From an uncultured Fimbriimonas sp. (GTDB taxonomy: Bacteria > Armatimonadota > Fimbriimonadia > Fimbriimonadales > Fimbriimonadaceae), in contig CAXTOO010000002.1 of the NCBI GenBank assembly GCA_964245875.1, positions 1 to 49,488 on the forward strand: a DNA stretch of 49,488 bases. The letters run 5' to 3'. Under the pieces are notes generated by a model. The model saw only the letters and a list, made by a program, of their open reading frames with translations, made no database searches and was not told where the DNA came from. The translations under genes were made by a program, and so were the position numbers. Positions 41,404-49,488 of this stretch are shown in pieces (position 1 is the first letter of the stretch; each line of letters starts with the position of its first letter).

Positions 41404-41964
41404 ATGTCCATCAACCAGATCCTCAAGGACGCCGAGACCAAGATGCAGTCGGCCGTCGACGCGATGACCCACGACTTCGCCTCTTACCGCACGGGCCGCG
41501 CGAGCCCCGCCGTGCTCGACCGGGTGACGGTCGACTACTACGGCTCGGAAACGCCCATCAACCAGGTCGCCAGCGTCTCCGTCCCCGAGCCGCGCCAACT
41601 CCTCATCGCGCCCTACGACCGCAAGATGATCCCCGTCATCGAGAAGGCGATCATGAAGAGCGACCTCGGCATCAACCCCGTGGCCGACGGCGCGGGCATC
41701 CGACTGAACTTTCCTCAGATGACCGAGGACCGCCGCAAGGAAATGGTCAAGCAGGTCTCCGCCCGCACCGAGCAGGCCCGCGTGAACATCCGCAACTGCC
41801 GCCGCGACGCGATGGACGGCCTCAAGGGGCTGGAGAAGAAGAAGGAGATCACCGAGGACGACGTGAAGGGTCAGGAGAGCCGGGTCCAGAAGCTCACCGA
41901 CGCCGCGGTCGCGAAGGCGGACGACCTCGGCAAGAAGAAAGAAGCCGAGCTGATGCAGGTGTGA
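41404..41964 (+). CDS. frr: Ribosome recycling factor
   Basis: RTGRASPAVLD, VDYYG, IEKAIMKSDLGINP, TEDRRKE. Confidence 0.98.
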   Translation: MSINQILKDAETKMQSAVDAMTHDFASYRTGRASPAVLDRVTVDYYGSETPINQVASVSVPEPRQLLIAPYDRKMIPVIEKAIMKSDLGINPVADGAGIRLNFPQMTEDRRKEMVKQVSARTEQARVNIRNCRRDAMDGLKGLEKKKEITEDDVKGQESRVQKLTDAAVAKADDLGKKKEAELMQV

Positions 41965-41968
41965 AAGA

Positions 41969-42033
41969 GGTTGTTGGTTGTTGGTTGTTCGGATGATTTG
42001 CTCGAACAACCAACAACGAACGAACGAACAACC
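41969..42033. repeat. Inverted heptamer-repeat hairpin (GGTTGTT)3...(AACAACC)
   Basis: Read directly between frr and uppS. Confidence 0.8.
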
Positions 42034-42036
42034 CCC

Positions 42037-42774
42037 ATGAACGCCATCCAAGAACGCGCCGTTGCCCAGGGTATCGACCTCGATGCCCTCCCCGCACACG
42101 TCGCGGTCATCATGGACGGCAACGGGCGCTGGGCGAAGGGAAAGGGCCTGGGCCGACTGCTGGGCCACCAGCAGGGCTACCGCGCCCTGCGCGACGTGCT
42201 GCTCGCGGCGAGCGACCTCGGCATCCGGTTCCTGACGGTCTATGCCTTCTCCGCCGAGAACTGGCGGCGGCCCGAGGACGAGGTGGGCGGGCTGATGAAG
42301 CTCATCGAGATGGCCTCGCGAAACGAACTGCGCACGATGCACCGCAACAACGTTCGGGTGCGCGCCGCCGGTCGCCTCGACGAGTTGCCCCACGGCCTCC
42401 AGGACGCGATCTCGAACGGCATCGAGACGACGAAGGCGAACACGGGGATCACCTTCACCCTCGCGGTGAATTATGGCGGTCGCGCGGAGATCGTGGACGC
42501 GGTTCGCGACATCGTGGCGAGCGGCACCGAGCCGGAGGACGTGACCGAGGCGATGATCTCCGCACACCTCTACAACCCCGATATCCCCGATCCCGACCTG
42601 ATGGTCCGCACGGCGGGCGAGATGCGCTGGAGCAACTTCCTCCTCTGGCAGTCGGCCTACACGGAGCTTTTCGTGACGGACGTCTCGTGGCCTGAGTTTG
42701 ACGGCGACGAGCTGATGCGCGCCGTCTGCGCCTACCAGAAGCGCACGCGCAAGTTCGGTGCGGTGGTGGAGTAG
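42037..42774 (+). CDS. uppS: Undecaprenyl diphosphate synthase (isoprenyl transferase)
   Basis: HVAVIMDGNGRWA, YAFSAENWRRP, NYGGR, RTAGEMRWSNFLLWQSAY. Confidence 0.97.
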   Translation: MNAIQERAVAQGIDLDALPAHVAVIMDGNGRWAKGKGLGRLLGHQQGYRALRDVLLAASDLGIRFLTVYAFSAENWRRPEDEVGGLMKLIEMASRNELRTMHRNNVRVRAAGRLDELPHGLQDAISNGIETTKANTGITFTLAVNYGGRAEIVDAVRDIVASGTEPEDVTEAMISAHLYNPDIPDPDLMVRTAGEMRWSNFLLWQSAYTELFVTDVSWPEFDGDELMRAVCAYQKRTRKFGAVVE

Positions 42775-42820
42775 GAGGGGACGTTCTCCAGACCATCGTG
42801 CAGAGCGTAGAATAACTCCT

Positions 42821-43078
42821 ATGTCGGTCGTGATCCGCGAAGGCTCAGTTCCCATCCCTGAAGAACTCGCCACCGAATTCGGCCTCCAGGACGGCGCTGT
42901 CGCCGAGTGGGAACGGACGGACGACGGTCGCCTAGCCCTGAGTCCGGCACCTCGATTCAAGGGCACGTCCGAACGTCTGCGAGGACTTCTGAAGCCCTAC
43001 CTCGAGCCGGGCGAGAGTGGTGTCGAGAGCTTCCTCAAGTGGCGGGAAGAGGACGCTCAGCTTGATGGAAGCCGATGA
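42821..43078 (+). CDS. AbrB/MazE-like antitoxin
   Basis: GSVPIPEELATEFGLQDG swapped-hairpin-like N-terminus; ATGA overlap with the PIN gene. Confidence 0.75.
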   Translation: MSVVIREGSVPIPEELATEFGLQDGAVAEWERTDDGRLALSPAPRFKGTSERLRGLLKPYLEPGESGVESFLKWREEDAQLDGSR

Positions 43079-43485
43079 CCCACCTGCTGGACACCTTCGG
43101 GATGTTGGCCCTCCTCTTCGACGAACGAGGCGCGGACAAAGTGGGCGAGATCATCGATGATCCGACGACGCTTGTCGGCATCTCCGTTCTGACTCTCTTC
43201 GAGGTCATGACCGCGGCATTCCATCGGCTAGGCTCCTACGAGGCCGCAAGCCAAGTGGTCGCTGAGTGCGTCGCCTCTATCAAGCGGATCGTTCCCGTGA
43301 CAGAGGCGGTCGTTCGCCTCGCGATGGAACTGCGTCAGGAGGGAGCCACGCGAGTCGCGACCGTCGATATCATCATCGCCGCCACCGACGCTCACCACGG
43401 CGCGATCCTCGTCCACCGCGACCCACATTTCTCGGCTCTCCCGAGCGGGCGTCCGGCTCAGGAGAGATTGCCGGACAAGAACTGA
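43075..43485 (+). CDS. VapC-like PIN-domain toxin
   Basis: LLDT...TLFEV...VDIIIAAT...LVHRDPHF acidic tetrad. Confidence 0.88.
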   Translation: MTHLLDTFGMLALLFDERGADKVGEIIDDPTTLVGISVLTLFEVMTAAFHRLGSYEAASQVVAECVASIKRIVPVTEAVVRLAMELRQEGATRVATVDIIIAATDAHHGAILVHRDPHFSALPSGRPAQERLPDKN

Positions 43486-43562
43486 GCTACCAGATAGGTG
43501 TGGCCTTTGGTTTGCAGGAACGCGAAGCGTATAGTCGCCGGTGATCGTACCGTCGCGTGAGG

Positions 43563-43805
43563 CTACTCTTCAACGGCCTGCTCGAACCGCGCGGTGAGAT
43601 CCGTCAGACCGGTTCGCAGTGCCTTGGCGATGTCAGAAAGTTCCACAAGATCAACCCGCTGAGTGCCCGACTCAATCTTGTGAATCGAGGTTTCAGTACG
43701 TCCAACCTGCCGTGCGAGGGATCTCTGTGTCAGGCCAAGACCCTCGCGCGCCTCCCGGATGACGCGCCCTAGCTTCTTGTACTCAGCCCTCCTTGCGACA
43801 CCCAC
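43563..43805 (-). CDS. XRE-family HTH regulator
   Basis: IREAREGLGLTQRSLA...IHKIESGTQRVDLVEL. Confidence 0.88.
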   Translation of the reverse strand: MGVARRAEYKKLGRVIREAREGLGLTQRSLARQVGRTETSIHKIESGTQRVDLVELSDIAKALRTGLTDLTARFEQAVEE

Positions 43806-43905
43806 GGCGTACGCAAGTGTGCGAATTGCGTCGTTTCTATTTAAGATACAAATTGTTTCTGATACAATTGGACCGGTCGGCCTGAACCGAACTGATAAAC
43901 GTCAT

Positions 43906-44556
43906 GTGCACTCACTCGTCCTCCGCTCCATCTCGTTCGCCGGCTTTCTCGCTGGCGCCCTGTCCGCCCATGCTGTCGTGCTTGACTTCGAAGACCTCAC
44001 GAAGGACCCGACTCAGTCCACCACGACCTTCAGCGTCTACGACGACTATCCGGCAACCGTGACTCACGGCTACGAACTCTCGTACGTCCGCCCTTACTTC
44101 TCCGCATGGACGCCTGGATCCCAGATTGATCCGCAAACCGCGTCAAGGGCGAACTATACGGGATCGGTGGCGTTGATCCTGCCGAACAACGGTACACCAG
44201 GCACGACCAGCCTCACGCAGACGGGGGGCGGCGCGTTCAATCTCTTGAGCATCGACCTGGCGAACGCTTTGAAGCAGTCCTATGGTGCGAGTGTCGGGTT
44301 CGCCACTTTTACGGGCATTTTCGCGGTGGGTGGCACCGTCACGCAGACCTACGCGATCCCGCAAGACGACGTGCTCCACACCGTCCTGTTCTCCGGCTTC
44401 AACGGTGTGACCTCGGTGTCCTGGAGTCAGAGTGATTTCAACAACGGGGTCTATCAGTTCGACAACATCAACGTCACGCCCGTCCCCGAGCCCATGACCC
44501 TCGTCACGCTCGGCCTTGCGACCGTCGCTCTGATCAGAAAACGGCAAACTCGCTAA
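43906..44556 (+). CDS. PEP-CTERM sorting domain protein
   Basis: Signal peptide, VVLDFEDL, C-terminal VPEPMTLVTLGLATVALIRKRQTR; GTG start inferred. Confidence 0.88.
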   Translation: MHSLVLRSISFAGFLAGALSAHAVVLDFEDLTKDPTQSTTTFSVYDDYPATVTHGYELSYVRPYFSAWTPGSQIDPQTASRANYTGSVALILPNNGTPGTTSLTQTGGGAFNLLSIDLANALKQSYGASVGFATFTGIFAVGGTVTQTYAIPQDDVLHTVLFSGFNGVTSVSWSQSDFNNGVYQFDNINVTPVPEPMTLVTLGLATVALIRKRQTR

Positions 44557-44616
44557 GACTAGCGCCGGTAAGATCACCATTGTCTACACGCTTTGTGTTA
44601 GTGTGTTCAAGGGTCA

Positions 44617-45249
44617 CAACCCCGAAGGGGTCAAAAGAAGATAGCCGGGGTGTCGCAGACCCCCGGAACTCACCGCCCCATCAACCCGACCCCGGAGGGG
44701 TCGCACTCGGTAGCCTTCCGCCGTGGCCTCAACCTACGTCAGCCTCCGCGTCCACCTCGTCTTCGCCACCAAGGGTCGTCAACCGACCATCTCAAACGAC
44801 TGGAGGGGCCGTCTCCATGCCTATCTTGGCGGAACGTTGCGCGGGCTTGGGGCCACGCTGCTCGCGGTCGGCGGCGTCGCGGACCACGTTCACCTCCTTG
44901 TCGGCATCAGGACGACTCACGCCGTCGCCGACCTTGTGCGCGAGACGAAGAAAGCATCCACCGAATGAATGCGCACCGAAGTCGGGGTGCGTGGATTCCA
45001 GTGGCAGGAAGGCTACGCCGCGCTGTCGGTGGGAGACGTCACCCCGGTAGTCGCGTACATCGAGAACCAGGAGGCGCATTACCGGGAGTGGAGTTCCGCC
45101 GATGAGTTGCGGGCGTTGCTGGAAGAGGCCGGGGTGGAGATCGATCTTCGGTACTTCGAGTGAGGTGCGACCCCTCCCGGGTCGGGCTATAGCCCTATTT
45201 TACGGGGTCTTCGACGCCCTGGCTATTGTCTGTGACCCCTTCGAGGTCG
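44617..45249. mobile_element. REP-flanked IS200-like (RAYT-type) element
   Basis: ~90-nt imperfect inverted repeats at 44617-44708 and 45162-45249, each containing ACCCCGAAGGGGTC-type palindromes. Confidence 0.8.
44723..45163 (+). pseudogene. tnpA: IS200/IS605-family Y1 (HUH) transposase with in-frame TGA
   Basis: HLVFATK, DHVHLL (HUH), KKASTE*MR, FQWQEGY, YIENQEAH; stop at 44966-44968. Confidence 0.88.
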
Positions 45250-45296
45250 CGACCAATAAATTGGTAGTGTATGGGAAAATCCGGTGCGGCGGCGAA

Positions 45297-45380
45297 ATGG
45301 TTGGTGAGGCGTTGTCGACCGTTGGTTGAATGGTTGTTGAGAACGACTCCAACAACCAAAAACTAACCATCCAGCAACCC
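45297..45380. repeat. GT-rich/CA-rich imperfect hairpin upstream of groES
   Basis: tggttggt..gttggttgaatggttgttg / caacaaccaaaaactaaccatccagcaacc. Confidence 0.55.
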
Positions 45381-45384
45381 GCTC

Positions 45385-45411
45385 TTGGCACTCCCACGGG
45401 TAGACTGCCAA
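45385..45411 (+). promoter_or_regulatory. CIRCE element (HrcA operator)
   Basis: TTGGCACTC-N9-GACTGCCAA versus consensus TTAGCACTC-N9-GAGTGCTAA, immediately upstream of groES. Confidence 0.9.
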
Positions 45412-45415
45412 TTAT

Positions 45416-45706
45416 ATGGCGATCCAGCCCCTGCACGATAGAATCGTCGTCGAAGCCGCGAGCAAAGAGGAGAAGACGGCCGGCGGCCTCTACCTCCCTG
45501 ACGCGGCCCAGGAGAAGCCCCAGCGCGGCTCCGTCATCGCGGTCGGCCCCGGCAAGCGGCTCGACTCGGGACAGCTCTCCGCGCTCGACATCAAGGTCGG
45601 CGACACCGTCCTCTACGGCAAGTACGGCGGCACCGAAGTGACTGTCGATGGCAAGGATGTGATCATCCTCCGCGCCGACGATATCCTGGGCGTCATCGGC
45701 GAATAA
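45416..45706 (+). CDS. groES: Co-chaperonin GroES
   Basis: IQPLHDRIVV, KTAGGLYLPD, AVGPG, KYGGTEV. Confidence 0.98.
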   Translation: MAIQPLHDRIVVEAASKEEKTAGGLYLPDAAQEKPQRGSVIAVGPGKRLDSGQLSALDIKVGDTVLYGKYGGTEVTVDGKDVIILRADDILGVIGE

Positions 45707-47323
<1,617 letters not shown>

Positions 47324-47363
47324 TCCTCTGGACCGCCACTCTCCGGAGTGGCTTCCAGCAGCC

Positions 47364-47397
47364 GGTCTGGCGAGCGCACGCTCGCCGGGCCTTTTTT
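47364..47397 (+). terminator. Intrinsic terminator of groESL
   Basis: GGTCTGGCGAGC-loop-GCTCGCCGGGCC followed by TTTTTT. Confidence 0.85.
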
Positions 47398-47419
47398 ATG
47401 GATTTGGGGTGATCCGCCG

Positions 47420-47612
47420 GGGAGGGCCTCACCTCTGGACGCTCGAGATCCCGACGATCGATCTCTCCCACTATCTCGACGCCGCGCCCAACAGCAGCTC
47501 GTCGGCCTGGATAGACGACGTCTCGATCCAGGCTCAGCCGGTTCCGGAACCCGCGCCTTTCTTGGAGATCGGGCTTGGCGTAGTCGCCTTTGTTCGGCGA
47601 CCTGATCGCTGA
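47420..47612 (+). pseudogene. 3' remnant of a PEP-CTERM gene
   Basis: ...WIDDVSIQAQPVPEPAPFLEIGLGVVAFVRRPDR* with no credible start or signal peptide. Confidence 0.6.
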
Positions 47613-47645
47613 CGAAGAGTGACATGCAACGAAGTCCCTTCAATA

Positions 47646-47810
47646 ATGGTTGACGAAAACCGTCATCGAAGGGGAAAGAGTCGGCAGCAAATCTGAGTTT
47701 GCTTCGCCTATCCTGGTGGTAGCCTTTGCGGTCGCGTCAACCATGCTTCGAACCGATTAGGACCAAAGCCCCAACCGATTCGGTACCAAGTCGAAAAGAA
47801 GTTTTTTCGC
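47646..47810 (+). repeat. Dispersed non-coding element family A, copy 3
   Basis: ATGGTTGACG...CGTCAACCAT inverted repeat, then TTAGGACCAAAGCCCCAACC and TTTTCG. Confidence 0.7.
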
Positions 47811-47849
47811 GTCGTGAACCTTGCTTCCCTGCGGCGGGTCGTAAACTCC

Positions 47850-48038
47850 ATGTCGGAAAGCAAGAAGGCGAGTTCCCGCGAGATGTCCAAGGAATCGAAG
47901 GAGCCAATGACCCCCAAGACGGCGAAGACCAAGGCGGTCGACGCGGGCAAGAGCGCGGGCAATCCCACGGGAGAGCGCGCCAAGGCACACGGCCATGAAG
48001 AGCACGAGGGCGAGAAGAACAAGAACCTGCCCTCCTGA
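47850..48038 (+). CDS. Small hydrophilic hypothetical protein
   Basis: 62 codons, host-like codon usage, followed by a terminator; start uncertain. Confidence 0.55.
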   Translation: MSESKKASSREMSKESKEPMTPKTAKTKAVDAGKSAGNPTGERAKAHGHEEHEGEKNKNLPS

Positions 48039-48040
48039 GG

Positions 48041-48085
48041 CACGAAGAAGCCCGGTCCTCTGTCGGAGGACCGGGCTTCTTCGTG
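48041..48085. terminator. Bidirectional terminator hairpin
   Basis: Perfect inverted repeat CACGAAGAAGCCCGGTCCTC...GAGGACCGGGCTTCTTCGTG between convergent genes. Confidence 0.85.
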
Positions 48086-49453
48086 TCAGGCCGACCGGCG
48101 TCGCCGTCGCAGGACGGCGAGCGCACCGAGTCCGAGTGCCGCCCACGTCGCGGGCTCAGGAACGGCCTGGAAGCCGCCGCTACCTGAGAGGAAGTACGAT
48201 CCGCCGGTAAAGTAGTCGATCGAGTTGTTTGCCGTCGACTCCCGTGTCGAGTGGTAGCCACCGTAGCTGACGATCTGGGCGTAGTAGGTGCCCGCCGCGA
48301 GCGTCGCCGTGTAGAGCGAAGAGAGCGTGTCGCTCGAGCGGGCTCCGGTGGCGATCAGGGTACCGTTCGCGTCGAGGATATTGAGAAAGCCGTCGAACGT
48401 GGCCCCGATGTCGGCGACTCCCGTAGTGATGCGCTGAGCGCCGGCGTTGAGCTTCAGCGAGATCGCCGAACCGTTCGTCAAGAACTTGTAATAGTCCTTC
48501 GTGTAGTTGTCCCTACCGATCGCCGTTGGCGCGGTCGAGCTGGCGGAGGCGATGAAGCCTTGATTGATCGCCGTGTTCAACGTCGTGCCGTTCAGGGCGA
48601 GCGCCGTCGCGGTGGCGAGGGAGTGCCCGATGTTGTCATCCAGCAACGTCGTCATGTTCGCGTTCGTCAGAAGCGTCCGAACGTCGTTCTGACGCGATCC
48701 GACCGTCCCGTTGCCGGTGCTGTCGTACGTGCCGTCTCTCAAGAGACCACGCTGAGCCTCGTACGAATAGCCCATCACCGGCGCGTAGGAGCCGTTGCCC
48801 GAACCGTCCCCCGCAGAGTACTGGCGGAAGGTGCTGGTCGTCCCCTGGGTCAGGTCGCTCTGATGGTTGAGCCTGAGTCCATGACCGTTCTCGTGCGCCG
48901 AGGCTTCGGAGATGAACTGGAGATTGGTGGGCGACTCCGCCGCGAAGACCCAGTTCGTGTGGTAGCCGTTCGTCGTCTGGGCATTCTGGGTAACGCCCAA
49001 GTAGGATACGCCGCCCGCGTTGCCGTACCACGTACCGCCGCCGCCCACGACGGTGTGCATCGTCTGGGGCGTGCTGTCATAGAACGATTGCCGCATCGCA
49101 TCCGACGTGGCTCTGCCTGCGGCGACCGCTGGGTCGACCGTCGTCACGTTCACGTTGAAGGCCGTGTACTTCTCGGCAGTTCTCGCCCAGATGGTCTTGA
49201 TGTTCGCCAGTTCGGAGGTCGAGAACGTGGTGGCATTGCCGTCGACCGTGTACGCGGGCGTGGTGCCGGGGGTCCTTCCCGAAGTGCCCCAGGTTCCGCT
49301 GAACGAGAAGCCGCCCAAGTCGAGGTAGATCGTGTACGCCGCACCCGGACGCGAGTTGTACGCGGGAACGGTCAGACCGGCTTGGGCGAGAACGGAGACG
49401 GCCGACAAGCCAGCGAGTGCGAGGTGGCGAAGGCGGGGAGCGTAGATCTTCAT
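48086..49453 (-). CDS. PEP-CTERM zinc-metalloprotease-like protein with PPC-like domain
   Basis: Signal peptide, SRPGAAYTIYLD, FNVNVTT, HENGHGLRLNH (HExxHxxxxxH), LAAGTYY, VPEPATW...RRRRR. Confidence 0.88.
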   Translation of the reverse strand: MKIYAPRLRHLALAGLSAVSVLAQAGLTVPAYNSRPGAAYTIYLDLGGFSFSGTWGTSGRTPGTTPAYTVDGNATTFSTSELANIKTIWARTAEKYTAFNVNVTTVDPAVAAGRATSDAMRQSFYDSTPQTMHTVVGGGGTWYGNAGGVSYLGVTQNAQTTNGYHTNWVFAAESPTNLQFISEASAHENGHGLRLNHQSDLTQGTTSTFRQYSAGDGSGNGSYAPVMGYSYEAQRGLLRDGTYDSTGNGTVGSRQNDVRTLLTNANMTTLLDDNIGHSLATATALALNGTTLNTAINQGFIASASSTAPTAIGRDNYTKDYYKFLTNGSAISLKLNAGAQRITTGVADIGATFDGFLNILDANGTLIATGARSSDTLSSLYTATLAAGTYYAQIVSYGGYHSTRESTANNSIDYFTGGSYFLSGSGGFQAVPEPATWAALGLGALAVLRRRRRSA

Positions 49454-49488
49454 GAGACTTTCAGGCAACAAAGGAGCCGAACACACTA

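Overview
GC-rich bacterial chromosomal window. Armatimonadota/Fimbriimonas-like by inference from PEP-CTERM proteins with RRRR tails and N-terminal LuxR-HTH fusions. Housekeeping genes (5' part of rpoC, ligA, two recQ, rho, hpt, pyrH-frr-uppS, groES-groEL with CIRCE) are mixed with a c-di-GMP/motility block (HD-GYP, LuxR-PAS-GGDEF, motAB), a Hen1-Pnkp RNA-repair operon, two PIN-type toxin-antitoxin pairs, PEP-CTERM genes and a REP-flanked IS200-like (RAYT-type) transposase pseudogene. The most unusual observations are: (1) a ~1.9-kb lower-GC islet with no integrase, bounded by a diverged 78-nt duplication of the recQ 3' end and carrying a coupled MauE-like / 8-Cys secreted peptide / exported protein operon; (2) two families of ~150-210-nt dispersed non-coding elements with block-wise conservation (3 and 2 copies); (3) an in-frame palindromic-repeat insertion in an 8-oxoG glycosylase; (4) many genes with a TANNNT box just before the start codon, suggesting leaderless mRNAs. 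No rRNA, tRNA or CRISPR array was recognised. All alignments were done by eye.
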